A DNA stretch of 64,000 bases from Eledone cirrhosa (lineage: Eukaryota). The notes under the pieces were generated by a model, which did not search any database, was not told where the DNA came from, and saw nothing but the letters and a program-made list of their open reading frames with translations. Positions 1 to 13,793 of the stretch are shown here, piece by piece. The stretch covers positions 253,766,001 to 253,830,000 of the forward strand of contig OZ024743.1 in NCBI GenBank assembly GCA_964016885.1, written 5' to 3'. A program made the position numbers and the translations under genes. Positions within the stretch are counted from its first letter, which is position 1, and every line of letters starts with the position of its first letter.

Positions 1-1000
1 GTTATTTAACTGGAAAGTTTGTTGAAATGAATATCAAGCCGCTACCTGCAGCCTCAGATATTCAGGGCGTATCGGAGGGTTCTTGCTGTTCCCAGCAAGC
101 ATGACTTTTGAAGTGTTCCATAAAGCGGGGCTGGACTAATTTTCTTTAACCATCTTTGGAAACTCTTTGAGATGGTACCTAGTGCGCCTATGACAATCGG
201 GACGACTCTGACTTCATGGCAGTTCCAAATCCTTTTTACCTCCCACTTTAAGTCCTGGTATTGGTTAATTTTCTCCCTCTCCTTTTCTTGCACTCTCGTG
301 TCAAATGGGCAGGCTACATCTACAATCAGGCACGATCTGTTTTCCTTGTCCAAAAGCACCAGGTCAGGCCTATTGTGTTCCGGTTTCTTGTCCATCTGTA
401 TCCTAAAATCCCATAGCACCTTCACCTGATCGTTCTCTCAACCTCTTCACCTTCATCTCCCTTTGGCTCGTTTTCCTAGCATACTCCACTCTCCATTTCC
501 AACCTAATCTCTCTGCTGAGTTCCTCCAGTTCCAGCTCGCTTATCCACCCATTAGTTCTTATTACCCGAGCCTGCCCGGCCAATTTTTGTTCATCTAATT
601 TAAATAGACCAATCTCGTTCCAGATGCTATGCATCCGTTTCCTATAGCTTTTTTTCTTGGGGTTACTCTTCAGGTAACATTGCATAACAGTTCTATTCAA
701 TTCTTTCGTCCAATTGGTTCTGGTCCCTTTCCTTCTTCTTCTTCTTCTTCCTCCAACACTAACAGTATTTGGATGACAGCCTGTTCCCTGCTGCTGGGCC
801 ATGGAGCACCTGCTGGGTGAGAGTCTGTCACATGACATTCCAGTCTCCATTTCACCGTTATCCGAACTGTTTAGGTTCGACATTTAAACACTCATATCGA
901 GGATTGGTGAATGTATGGTTACATAACCACCGGTGATTTCATCACGCCCAGTGGTTTGATCACCTTCGGTGATTTTAGCATGGCACTATCACGCTGTAGA
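1..1000 (-). mobile_element. R4/Dong-like non-LTR retrotransposon, internally deleted (N-terminal region joined to RLE endonuclease; RT missing)
   Basis: ORF 54-425 has the RLE motif (WDF..TD/MD..HNRPDLV..DVACP..EK..Y). ORF 476-883 has the R4-type N-terminus (WTKELNRTVMQCY..YRKRM..W). Nt 1-438 is homologous to the copy at ~1775-2180; similarity stops at ~438. Confidence 0.85.
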
Positions 1001-1095
1001 CGAACATACTAAATAAACAAATAAATAGGTAAAAAATAAGCATAAGTTTAAGTTTCATTGTAATGTAATGTTTGAATGTCTGACTTAGTTTTATT

Positions 1096-1157
1096 GTTTG
1101 TTTGTTTGTTTGTTTGTTTGTTTGTTTGTTTGTTTGTTTGTTTGTTTGTTTGTTTGT
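1096..1157. repeat. (GTTT)n microsatellite
   Basis: Direct reading. Confidence 0.95.
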
Positions 1158-1749
1158 TTTTCTTTTCTTTTCTTATTTCTTTTATTTACGTTTTTCGTTG
1201 CTGGTGTGATGTTTTGATTTTGATTTTTGATTTTTTGATTTTTTGACCGGGTCATCACATCAGTCTATTTATATCTTTTGATACCTTCCTCACTTAGTGG
1301 GAATACTACGATCCCTCTGTCTTAGCAGGAGGTAGTGAGAGAGAATAGCGGCGGTAGCGATAATGAGGCAGTGGTGGTTTTGTGAGAGTAGTACTTAGCA
1401 AGAGGTAGTGGGAGAGAATAGCGGCGGTGGCGATAATGAGGCAGTGGTGGTGGTGGTGATGTGATCGTAGTACTGTAGTGATGGTGTTGAAGTTGAAATA
1501 GAAATAGAAGATAAAGTTTCAGTCAAAACTGTAATCTTATGTTTCTTGCTGAGAGTAAAAACTGTAATCTTATGTTTCATTTGTAATAAGAATTATTCTA
1601 TCACAGTTGTTTTAAATATGTAAAAATCAAAAACTTACGTCAGCGATTCCATAACACTATAATCCACCACGTGCGTATCTTCCCTATTATTATTATTATA
1701 ATTATTATTATTATAATAATAATAATTATTATTATTATTGTTATTATTG

Positions 1750-3915
1750 TTCTTTGAGTCTGAGTCATTGAAGTTAGTTAACTGGAAAGTTTGTTGAAAA
1801 GAATATCAAGCCACTACCTGTAGCCTCAGATATTCAGGACGTATCGGAGGGTTCTTGCTGTTCCCAGAAAGCATGCCTTTTGAAGTGTTCCAAAAAGCGG
1901 GGCGGGGTTAATTTTCTTTAATAATCCCTGGACACCTTTAGAGATAGTTTCTAGTGCGCCTATAACAATCGGGACGACTCTGACTTCATGGCAGTTCCAA
2001 ATCCTTTTTACCTCCCACTTTAAGTCCTCTTGCACTCTCGTGTTGAATGGGCAGGCCACATCAACAATCAGGCACGATTTTTTTTCCTTGTCCAAAACCA
2101 CCAGGTCAGGTCTATTGTGTTCCAGTTTCTTGTCCGTCTGTATCCTAAAATCCCACAGCACCTTCCCCTCATCGTTTTCTATCACCGACTCTGGCATATG
2201 CTCATACCACTTCTCAGAATGTGGTAAATTGTTTACTTTGCATAGGTGCCAGTGGATCACCCTCCCCATCAGATCATGTCTCCAGCCTGTATAGTGTGTC
2301 TGGGCTAGGTGTTTACACTCGGCTACAATGTGAGCCACAGTCTCCTATCTCTCTCTCTCCTTGTAAATATGGTGTTTCAGCCACTTCGTTTTGAGGGCCT
2401 GCTCTTGCGCAACCATTAGCATTCCTTCTGTAGCCTTTTTAAGATCTCCTCTTCTCAACCAGTTCCATGTCTGTGGATCTCTGAATTGAGTTTTCTCAAA
2501 GAAGGTAATATGAAGGGATTTTTCATGAAGGCTGCTCTTTCTCCTCGTTGTTATTTCCTCCTTGGACATCCCCTGGTCTATTGTCCTCTCCTTCAGTACA
2601 ATTCTGAGCATTGACTCCTTACTATCAGTCACGTGTTTGTGTAGTTTGTTTTTCTCCATCTGAACACAGTCCTCTATACTGATAAGACCTCTTCCACCTT
2701 CAGATCTCCTTAAGTAGAGTCTATCGACATCACTCCTCTTGTGGAACATGTTGTAGATAGTCAATAGCTTCCTAGTCTTCCTATGCATTTCTCTTTGTTC
2801 AGCAACATTCCATCTCAGAATTCCCGCACTCTACCTAATAATAGACACAGCTCGGGAATTTACTGCACTTATGGCATCCCTATTGTTCAGATGTGACTTT
2901 AATACGCTCCTTACTCTCCGAATGTATTCAGATCTTATCAATTCCTTCATTTTTTTGTTCTTGATGCCATCACCCTCCAGAACACACAAATACTTGTATC
3001 CTTCTTCAGTGTCAATTTCCTTTATCATCTCACCTGTTGGTACCTGGATTCCGTTGCTTCTGCTCAATTTACCCCTCTTCATCACACGGACTCTACACTT
3101 ACTAATACCAAATTGCATACATATTTCATTGCTGAAAATACTGACAGTGTCAACAAGCACATCCAACTTCTTCTCACTCTTCCTGAAGAGCTTAAGATCG
3201 TCCATGAAGAGGAGGTGTTTGATGGTAAGCTCTCCCTTTCCCAACTTGTATCCTGCTCTCACTTTTCACAGTATAATGGTCAGGGGCATCAGGGCAAGGA
3301 CAAACAACAGAGGGGACAGACTATCTCCCTGGAAGATACCTCTCTTGATCTTCACGTCTCCCAAGGATTTTCCAGCTGATGTTAACTCTGTTTTCCAGGA
3401 CTTCATACTTTTGCTCAACAACTGTCTGATGTTATCTGCCACCTTGAAGATCTCTAGGCTTTTGGTGATCCAAGAATGAGGCACCATGTCAAATGCCTTT
3501 TTGTAGTCTATCCATCCCATGGCAAGACCAGTGTGTCTCCTCTTGCAATTCCTCATTACCATCTTATCAATAAGTAACTGGTCCTTTGTATCACGGGACT
3601 TCTTTCAGCATCCTTTCTGTTCGTCCGGTAACAAGTTGTTTGTGTGGAGGTGATGGTAGATTTCTTCAGACACGATGCTTGCGAACAGTTTCCACATTAC
3701 GGACAGACATGTGATAGGTCTATTGTAGTAACATCATTACACTTGATTCGGTCTTTCAGTATCTGAACTGTGGTACCTTTTGTCAACCACTCTGGTACCT
3801 CACCTGACATTAAGCAGTCATTGAACATGGTTGTCAGTTTCGGGTGGAGGGATGTTATATTTTTAATCCAATACCCCTGCATACCATCTGAGCCTGGTGA
3901 TTTCCAGTTGGTTAG

Positions 3916-3917
<2 letters not shown>
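1750..3917 (-). mobile_element. R4/Dong-like LINE, 5'-truncated and frameshifted (RT + zinc knuckle remnant + RLE), flanked by (TAA)n
   Basis: Fragment ORFs contain [52 protein letters not shown] and RPDLV. (ATT)n tracts lie at 1686-1750 and 3918-3957. Confidence 0.93.
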
Positions 3918-3957
<40 letters not shown>

Positions 3958-3958
<1 letters not shown>

Positions 3959-6900
3959 AGTTGCATTTATCTTGCTTTATGTTCATACGAGTTATCACCA
4001 AGTCACAACCAGTGACCTCAAGAGACAACAAGGTCCACCATGTTCAAGAAAGAACATACATACTCACACATGCATCTTTAGTGTTTAGACTTGTGATGTA
4101 CTTATATTGACATAATCTTCCTTAGTATATGGGCAATTCCCATTAGTACTATCTTTTGTATTTCTCCTATACGCCGTTTTCCTGGGATTTGCGATAAGTA
4201 ATCATTAGCCCCTTAGGTATCATTCCCAGAGAGCCTACAACCACTGGTATTGTTTTAGTTCTCAATTTCCACATTCTTCCAATTTCTATCTCCAGGTCCT
4301 TATACTTGCTCAATTTTTCAAATGTTTTTATAGATACATTCTTGTCTATTGGAACGGACATATCAATTAGCAGGCATACCCTCTTTTTAAAGTCCTTCAA
4401 TATTATATCAGGTCTGTTTGCATCTATTTTTCGGTCGGTTTGGATGCTAAAGTTCCACAAGATTGAGATGTGATCTTTTTCAAGTATGGGAGGTGGTTGA
4501 TGCTCCCACCAATTTTTTTGATGGGGCAGCTCAAAATGCTTACACATTATCCAATGTATGTATTGTGCAGCTCTGTCATGCCTGTTTAGGTATTCGGTTG
4601 GAGCTATAGGACTGCACATTGAAATTATATGGTCAATGGTCTCTGGTTGTTTTTTGCATACACGGCATAATGGGCTGCATCCATTTTTTATTATGTTGGC
4701 TTGGTAATTTTTTGTTGGCAGACACTGATTTTGTGCTGATATAATCAGTCCTTCAGTCTCCGATTTCAGTCCAGAGGATGCCAACCACTGATGGGTTAAA
4801 GTTTTGTCAACATCAGGATTGTTAGCTCGTTCTGGGTATTTTCCATACAGAGGCTTTTCTTGCCATTTCTTAACCAGTTTCTGTAGCAGTTCTTTCTTTG
4901 CAGTTACTTTTACCTGCTTTGCTTTTTCTGTGTTTTCCATTTCAGCAGTAAATGGGACTTCTGGAATGTGTACTACATTACTGTATCGTTGTGCATCTTT
5001 TGTAATGGAGTATGGTCGTTTGATGCTTTCGTGTTTCAAAACGAGTTTCATCATCCAATCATGTGATTCCCTTAGATATGTAAATAATCCAATTGTTGCA
5101 GTTTTCAACGCAATGTCTAACTGGATTAACCCACGTCCTCCTTCTTTCCTAGGGAGATATATTCTATTTGTATCTGCCTTAGGGTGATGCATTCTGTGCA
5201 TGGTTAAGAATTTTCGAATTTTTGTATCGAGCCTACGGATCTCTGTGCTTGACCAGTTGATGACATTGTAACTGTAGGTTACTACTGGTATGGCAAGCGT
5301 GTTTATGGCATCGATCCTATTCCTTGCATTCAATTCCGTTCTTAAGATTGCTCTTACTCTGCGGTAAAATTCCTTCCTTATCCTTTCCCTCGTTGTCGAG
5401 TGCTTGATTCCGTCTCCTTCACAAACACCTAGATATTTGTAAGTTTTTTCTTGAACAAGTTCTCTTATCACATTCCCCCGATCAAGATTAATGTCTGAAC
5501 TCTTCAGCAGCTTTCCTCTGGTGAACGTTGCTTTGGCGCATTTATCTAGTCCAAACTCCATTTTAATGTCATCACTGAACTGCTTCACAGTGGATAATAG
5601 CCCTTGCAACTGTTCATCATTTTTTGCAAATAGTTTCAGGTCATCCATGTAGAACAGGTGATTAATGGTGTTGTCATAGACTTTATATCCATGTTTTATT
5701 TCATTGAGCATTTTACTTAATGGTATAAGTGCGATGCAGAATAAAAGCGGTGATAAAGAGTCACCCTGAATAATTCCACAATTAATATTAACTTCTCCAG
5801 CTTCCAGTGATTTTGTTTCACTATTCAAAAGGAGTGTCGTTTTCCATGTCTTCATACTGAATGACAAAAACATCCTGACAACGGGGGATATTTTGAAAAT
5901 CTCTAAACATTTTTCAATCCAACTGTGTGGCAAACTATCGAATGCTTTTTTATAATCTATCCAAGCAATTGATAGATTTTTGTGTCTATTATGACAATCT
6001 TCCAGTATCATTTTGTTAACCAGAAGCTGATCCTTACAGCCATATGAGCCTCGTTTACACCCTTTATGCTCAATGGGAAATAGGTCATTTTTTATCAGGT
6101 GGTCATATGTATATTCAGTTAGGACTGATGTTAAAATGTTATACATTGTGGTCAAGCAAGTTATCGGTCTGTAATTTTTGGGATTGTTTGTCTCATCATT
6201 CTTCGGAAGCAGGAACATAATGCCGTTAACTAGCCATGATGGTATCTTTTCTGGCTCCTTAACTATTTCATTGTAAAGTTGGGCTAACAGCTCATGAGAC
6301 TCTGTTAAGGCATTTATCCAAAAATGTTGTATTTTGTCTTTTCTTGGGGATTTCCATTTGCTGGTTTTTCTTAGAGCCAAGCGCAACTGTTCAACTGTTA
6401 TATTTTCCCATATTTGTTCTTCAAGGTGAGCTGTATATTTAATGTGTCTGTCTGTCCATGGGGCATGTATGTTATGAACTTTTTCTTCGGCCCAGATCTT
6501 TTCCCAGAATTCTTGCACTTCCTCCTTGGGTGGTATTGATTTAGCAGTTATTGTTGACTTACCAATTTTTCTGTAGAAGTTTATTTGGTTGTTTTTGAAC
6601 ATATTATTGTCCTTATAGAATCTAGATCGTTTTTGAAAGCGCCTTATACGAGCAGCTTTGGCCGACACTTTTTGCTTGATTATTTCTTTCAGCATGTCTA
6701 TGTCACTTGTTGATTTTATACTGTACTTTCTTTTCAATTTTCAAAGTTTAGTTTGTTTAACATGTTCACGTACTTTATAGTTTGTTAAAATTGCTATGTC
6801 AGATCGGAGAAGGTTTATTTGGCGATTGATGTTCTCTTGCCAAGTAGATTTATTGTGGGAATTCCTTTGTTTTTTCATCTTCACTCCACATAAGTGAGTG

Positions 6901-7872
6901 GTGACTTTAGCCGATGCATAATAGAGATGATTTAAATCAGTAATGTTTAGTTTGTTTGTGATGATAATGTTTTTGAGAATTATCTTAGTCTTGTGTATTA
7001 TCTTTTGGTTCTATTTGGAGTTCTGGATCTTAGGGAGGGTGTCTCGTTGCCCCATGTCAGATTCTTTCATTTTCATCCATTCGGTCATAATTTCATCCTT
7101 CAAGTTGGCAAGTTCATTCTCATTCATTTCTTTATCATTTATTTTCATTTGGATTTTCATCCTGAGCATGCACTCCCTCCACTTTTTCGATCCTTTCTTT
7201 AATTTGTTCTGTTGCCAGTGATTCCGCCCCAACCCTGGGATTCGAAGTGTTACAATTTACCTCGTTTTCACTGACACATGTTTCATTTTCCCTTCGCTGA
7301 CTTTGTGCTAATAGCTTGATCTGATCAATTTCTATATCAGTTAGTAACTTTTTTTTTACAATATTTCTTCGTATATTGGCTAGTTTGTTACTGTCAATAT
7401 AGGCTCTGCTTTCGGGATGTTTCTTTTTCCAGTTGATATATCTCTGTTCTGTATTCGATGTATTTGATGGGTAGTACATGGCAGTGTAGAAAGCCTCAAG
7501 GATTTCTTTATTATCTTCCCTTAACCATTTTTTTCTCTTTTTCTTTGGATTTCTTGGTGGTGAGCATGGAGGGCCAACAGTAGGAGTATTCCGGTTATGG
7601 GAGGTCTCCAGCTCCGAAGTGATGGGAAGGTTTGAACCATTACCTGATATTTCGACCCCAGTCTGGTTCCTCTCTGAGGGACGCGGCCCTTTTTTACCCG
7701 GGTGACGGCTGATCCGGTATGAGATTTTATCATTAGACATTTACTTTATTTTGTCGCGTTTTATCCTTATCCGCCAAGGGGTAATCATTTCGTGTTACCA
7801 CTTCTAGAACGAGTGTCAACCAAGACTAGAGGGGTCGTTCTCCCCTAGAGACACGGCTATTCCCCGCCGGCC
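3958..7872 (-). mobile_element. R4/Dong-like LINE, second family, near full length (~3.9 kb), bounded on both sides by (TAA)n
   Basis: 856-aa ORF 4167-6737 ([53 protein letters not shown]). N-terminal pieces at 7011-7740. (ATT)n at 3918-3957 and 7873-7926. Confidence 0.95.
4102..7740 (-). pseudogene. RT-RLE polyprotein ORF broken by a few frameshifts
   Basis: ATG at 7740. Frameshifts near 7230, 6740 and 4200. The C-terminus EIQKIVLMGIAHILRKIMSI* reads in another frame ending ~4102. Confidence 0.85.
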
Positions 7873-8615
7873 ATTATTATTATTATTATTATTATTTTTA
7901 CTATTATAATAATTATTATTATTATTTGAGTTACTTTTAATATCCATGCTGTAAATAAATTCTGCCTTACCCCTTATGAACACTGCTCCATTCCACAGTT
8001 ATGAGACTGATGAGGTAATAAACGACAAGAAATCGATGTATTATTATTTGGAGTAATATGATAGAAAAATAAGTACGGATCGAAGCAGAATTTTCAGATG
8101 AAAATGTTAGGTTCACTGAGGGGAAATTAGTTGTATATTTGAGGTCATTGAAAGATGATGATGGTGATTATGATGATGATGGTCATTGGTGTAGGTAGTG
8201 GTTAATGTGAATGTGAAGAATGATGAAGAGGGGGGAAATGACCATGAGGATAAAATTGATGATGACGAATATGGTGATAACATTAAAGGTGATGAAGAAA
8301 GGAAAATGATGATGATGATAAATATTGTTGTAGTGATGATGATGGAGGTGGTGGTATCATGAAGGAAGATGGGAGAGCGAAGTGGTGATGGTGGTGGTGC
8401 TGGTAACGTGAAGGAAAATGTAGAGAGGGGAGATTGTGGTGGTGATGATGAAGGTGATGATTCTGTTGATAATGAATGAGGAGAGTTGTATAAAGAATAT
8501 GATAAATCTTGAAATAATAATGATGATATATATGGAAATAAAACACAAATTATTTGATTTATCTTTTTTTATTTCGAACATGCTATGATGTGTGTGGGTG
8601 TATACTCTCACGTAA

Positions 8616-8646
<31 letters not shown>

Positions 8647-8719
8647 CATACTTACATATACATATATATATATATATATATAAAGAGAGAGAGAGATATG
8701 AATAAATATACATACATAT

Positions 8720-8780
<61 letters not shown>

Positions 8781-8863
8781 TATATATATATGAATAAATA
8801 TACATACTTATATACATACATATATATATACATATATATATATACATACACACATATAAACAT

Positions 8864-8894
<31 letters not shown>

Positions 8895-9076
8895 CATACA
8901 TACACATATATAGATACATATAAATACATATACTGTACAAACGAATATATTATACACACATACACAAGTTAGCAAGGAAAATAGAACTTAAATGATGATT
9001 TTATGTATATATCATCATCATCATCATTTTACATCCGCTTTTCCCTGCTTGCAAGGGTGGGACACACATATATAAT

Positions 9077-9135
<59 letters not shown>

Positions 9136-10454
9136 CATATACATGTATGTATATGAGCATATGTATGCATGTGTGAGTGTGTAACTGAAGTTGTGTATGC
9201 TGAAGTACACATTTTATGGAAATATGCATTTTCAAGTTGTACATGTTATAAGTTAGGTTATTGATAAGATAAAACACAAAACAATCTTAGTTCTGCCTTA
9301 TTCTACATGTTTTCATTCATCTGTAGAATATTCTAGAAATCTGGACATTCTTATTACTGCCCTTATCTCCTCTTAACTCAAATACTTTGAATAAATTATG
9401 ATTTGTATTAAGATATATATTAGTTATTATCTAGTTATCTAAATAGCATACTTAATCCAGGCAACTGTCTTATTTTAAATATGGGGAAAATTAGGAATAT
9501 TGGAATATTGTTACTTGTTTTATTTTTTATTTTGGCATATTTTCTCCCTTCTTTCATATTCTCTTGAATTTTGAACTGGAAAAAAAAAAAAAAAATGTTA
9601 TATCCTAAAAATGCAGAGTTCATTCTGTACATGTTGAATTTCCTAATAATACCATCAGGAAATGAATAAATGAAATATATGTAATAAAATAAAACTCAGA
9701 AAAATTTGATTTATTTTCCTTCATCCAGGCATATTGTAAGCTTTACAGAAGCATTTTTGTAATTGGATGTCCTTTCAAATATCAATCAATTTCCAGAATG
9801 TACTAGGTGCATTTTATCTTTGCACCAGCACTAGAGAAGTTGCGTTCTAGACAATAAATGAAGAGATTTTTCATTGATTTTGTCATGGACTGTACAGGCT
9901 TTTATAGTGACACCAGTACTAAAGAGGTTTTCATGTCATTAACTTGACTAAATGGCCTCACTACCTTATGTTATTACTAATTGAATGTCAACCATTTCAA
10001 AGAAAGAACATTTCATGGGTATTTTATAAATAGATAATTACTTTCTAATTATCCTCAGATTATTTTAATTATTGTAAGATTATTACAATTATTCTAGGAT
10101 TAGTTTAATTATTCTGAGATTATTCTGGTGATTTTAAAGTGATTCCTTTATATTACACAAACAAACAAATACACACATACACACACAAATATATATATGT
10201 ATAAATCATATAATAATCATCATCATTATCATTGTTTTTATGTCGCCTGTTTCATGCAGACATGAGTTGGGCAGGTTTTTTTGAGGCAATGTTTTATAGC
10301 TAGATGCCCTTCCTGACATAAAACCTTTAGTCACCTATTTTGTCATTCAGGGGAAAATGTACATGTTCTAAAACAGAAGCAAACAATGATGATGATGATA
10401 TTATCTTCGTGTTTGCCTGCATATATACGCATACATTTTTATTATTATTATTAG

Positions 10455-10862
10455 TTGGCAGTATCGGTAGAGGGTTGGACGCCATGCTTTGATGTGTAGA
10501 GTTACGGCCCTTGCCATTCTGAGTTCAAATCCAGCCGCGGTTAACTTTGCCTTTCATCCTTACAGGGTCGATGAAATAAAGTACCAGTAACGCACTCGGT
10601 AATTGCTGGCCTTGTGCCAACAGTAGAAACAATTATTAGTATTATCACAATTAGGGCGAGAGATTGGCGGTATTGGTAGAGCGTTGGACACCATGCTTTG
10701 CAGCATAGAGTTATTTCCCTTTATATTCTGAGTTCATATCCTTCCAAGGTTAGCTTTGCTTTACGTCCTAACGGGTTCGATAAAATAAGGCACTGGGGTC
10801 GATTTAATCGACTTTCCCTTCCCCCAAAATAGCTGGCTTTGTGCCTATATAAGAAACTATTA
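10455..10862 (+). mobile_element. Two tandem tRNA-head SINEs with conserved core GCCTTTCATCCTTNNGGGGTCGATAAAATAA (Meta-domain-like) and (ATT)n tails
   Basis: A-box-like TGGCAGTATCGG and B-box GAGTTCAAATC; the same core recurs more than 10 times in the window. Confidence 0.8.
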
Positions 10863-11569
10863 CTATTACTGCTGCTGCTTTTGGTGGATGGCATAACCTG
10901 GTTAATAAGTTATATTCCCCTTAATGAGACCTTAACACCTGATAGAGACATAGAGTTACCATAGTTAAATACAGTGTGTCTTGGGCTTTTAAATCTGGAA
11001 GAACTCAACCCACCGCTCCAGTTCTGAACAAAGCTGATTTCTTCAAAAGAAAGAGAGAGTTAGAAGAAAGATGCAAGCAAGAGATATAGAGGAAGAATAG
11101 TATCCAGTACTGGACTGGTACATTATTTATCAACCTCGAGAGGATGAAAGGCAAATATGACATCAACAGGAGTTGAACTCAGACAACAGAGAGGCAGAAC
11201 AAATAGCACATATAATTCTATCCAACATTTTAATATCTCTGTCTATGTTCTGGCATAGTTAAATATATTCAAGGTGATTTAAATCTCAACAATGTAAATA
11301 AATACCTCCCCAACAACTTTTGAGTCATAAAGGGTAACACAAGACAAAATTGTCGAATTATTCATAGATTAAGTAATGTGATAGGAAGATAAGAGAAAAC
11401 TGAAGCAGATGAAAATATTGGGTTGTTTTAATTATTTTTAGATTATTAAAATTATTCCTGGATTAGTATAATTATTTCGAGATTCTGATTATTCTTATTT
11501 TAAAGTGATTCCATTCTCTTGAATATGTATATATGTGTTTGTGTGTGTGTATGTGTATACATGAGCATG

Positions 11570-11613
11570 TATATATATATGTGCGTGTATTTACTCGCTC
11601 TCTCTCTCTCTCC

Positions 11614-11660
<47 letters not shown>

Positions 11661-11712
11661 TAGAGATAGGGAGAGAGAGAGAGAGCGAGTAAATACACGC
11701 ACATATATATAT
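11570..11712. repeat. Fold-back palindrome of microsatellite and unique flank
   Basis: GTGCGTGTATTTACTCG(CT)n(TA)n(GA)nCGAGTAAATACACGCAC. Confidence 0.9.
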
Positions 11713-12400
11713 TTATCAATTAAAATAACAGATTCAAGTTTAAGCAAAGAATCGCTGCTTTCACCCTTAACGGGATCTTCTGAAACTAACAAAGTTAAAC
11801 TGTAAACGCAGAAGTGAATATTTCAAAAAACGTTGCAACCGGAGGAAGACAGGAACACGATACTTGGGTTCGTGGAAACGTTCCCTGCCAAAGAACGGGA
11901 AAAAAAACGAATATAATACGTCATTATTTGGAGCGTTGAAAAACAATTATTCTATTATTACATCCTCTGTTTCTTGTTTTTTTTTTACAAATAGAAATGC
12001 CCTCTTGTACCGTCCTGTATTGTCCTGTACTGTTCTTAATGTCTACTGTGTGTAAACCCTTGTGGTTAATAAAGAAAGCATTATTTGGAGCGGTGAAAAA
12101 CAATTACACGCAAAGACAAAACCACGTTTATGGTATAAAAGAAGTCGTAGACTAATATTTTGTTAGGCGGTTCATAGAGACGTTCTCTGGCAATGAACGG
12201 AAAAAAAGAAGATAATACGTCATATGTGGAGAACAATTGCACGCAAATACAAAACCACGTAAATGGTATAACTGAAGTCGTAAACTAAAATTCGAACTAT
12301 GAAACCGAATGATTCTCGGCTTCAGAGTTAAGAATAAAGTAAATAAAATACAGAGGTAATTGAAATTAAATAAATACATACACGCATCCATATACGTACA
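11713..12400 (-). mobile_element. Non-coding PLE-terminal-repeat-like family A copy, with variant hammerhead at 11737-11787
   Basis: Homologous to 16763-17140, 25505-26335, 44090-44134 and 54565-55020. Internal ~130-bp subrepeats. Sits next to (TA)n. Confidence 0.75.
11950..12078 (+). mobile_element. Short retroposed 3' fragment inserted in family A with a ~28-bp target duplication
   Basis: CATTATTTGGAGCG(T/G)TGAAAAACAATTA occurs on both sides; the insert ends in AATAAAGAAAG. Confidence 0.65.
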
Positions 12401-12509
12401 TACACAAGCATACATAGGTATACAAATACACGCACATAAATATGTGTGTGGGTGTGTGTGCGTGTATACAAATAATTAAATAAACGTATATAAATAAATA
12501 AATACGGAT

Positions 12510-12780
12510 ATCATCATCATCATTCGTCGACTATTGTCGAGATGATGGATCTCACTCTCATGCCCCAGAATTTCCTGTCCCCCATCGCTGCCCCCAGGTC
12601 CCATCTACTGATTCCTGTATCCCTAGAGATAACGTCAGGGAATGACAGCTTCCTACTCCTAGTCAGGCTGGAGTCAGGGTTCCAGAGCAAGAGAGCGGAT
12701 ATGATTTCATTGCTGGCACGGTGACAGTGGCCAGCAAATTGAGCTCTCCGGGATTTTAGAAGGGCAGAGGCTCTAACAAG
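12510..12780 (-). mobile_element. 3' fragment of an RTE/RTEX-like LINE with (GAT)n tail
   Basis: Minus-strand translation FAGHCHRASNEIISALLLW..DTG..AMGDRKFW, followed by (GAT)n. Confidence 0.7.
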
Positions 12781-13022
12781 CGCACAAACTACGTATATAA
12801 CAAGCTACGTTTATAACAAGCGCACAAATATACCATCATGGATTTTAGTCTTCAAATTTATTTTTATTACTATATATATATATATATATTTATATATTTA
12901 GATTTGTTGGTTCACTCGAGGGTGGCCTACTGAGGTAGAAGCTGTTAAATAGTTGGTCGTCCTCATGTCTCTGATTTTCAGCCCATGGGTTTTATCTGTT
13001 ATATTTCTTTGTTATATTTTGA

Positions 13023-13080
13023 ATACCTGATGATATCACCGGATTCATACTGAACCTGGTCATTGAAATGATCATAGTAT
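13023..13080 (+). ncRNA. Type-I hammerhead ribozyme motif
   Basis: ATAC-CTGATGA-stem II-GAAA-TGATCA-TA-GTAT; palindromic stem III ATGATCAT. Confidence 0.75.
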
Positions 13081-13132
13081 AATAAACCTTTCAAGGATTT
13101 ACACCAGTCCAGCCTCCCAGCCTCCTGTTATT

Positions 13133-13184
<52 letters not shown>

Positions 13185-13793
13185 AAGAGAGAGAAAGAAA
13201 GAAAGAGAAACAGAGATAGAGGGGTAGAGAGAAATATAAATAAATATTCGTAAATTATAATTATATCATTATCTAGAATTTAGTCTTTGGAATATTTTGT
13301 AATAGAAATGGAAACATAATTGTTGGATATTTCTATTTATCAATACTCTAAAGTTTTACCATTATTCACCTCCAGCTAGATAACAAACACACAGACGCAC
13401 ACACACGCACACACACACACACACACACGCGCACACGCACGCACATGCACACATATACACACATCAACACATACATACACACACACACACATATATATAT
13501 ATATATGAAGGAACAAAGATGAAATCGAAAATGCAACTGGAGATTATTTAAAAATATATATATATATATTTATTTGGTTCCTTTACCGGTTTCGCAGTTC
13601 TTCCGCTTTTCAAAAGTAGAGTTGAGATAGAGGATCTGTGGTTTTTCTCACATCTGGTTGCTTGTTGAATGTTACTTGTTTCATATGGAAAAAAAGTGGC
13701 TCGAAACGCCATGTTTTTAGAGAAGTAATTTGATTGGTTGGTCAAGAAGTATAATAAATTTCGCCCAAACATGTCAACAACGACACTATTATT

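Noticed and set aside
2871-3479. Plus-strand ORFs overlapping LINE RT regions
   Set aside because: Antisense shadow ORFs of the retrotransposon coding sequence
8002-8045. CTGATGAG...GAAATCGATG hammerhead-like string
   Set aside because: No stem I or II pairing and G at the cleavage position
8283-9277. Many ORFs of [12 protein letters not shown] type here and throughout the window
   Set aside because: Translations of (TA)n/(CA)n/(GA)n microsatellites, not genes
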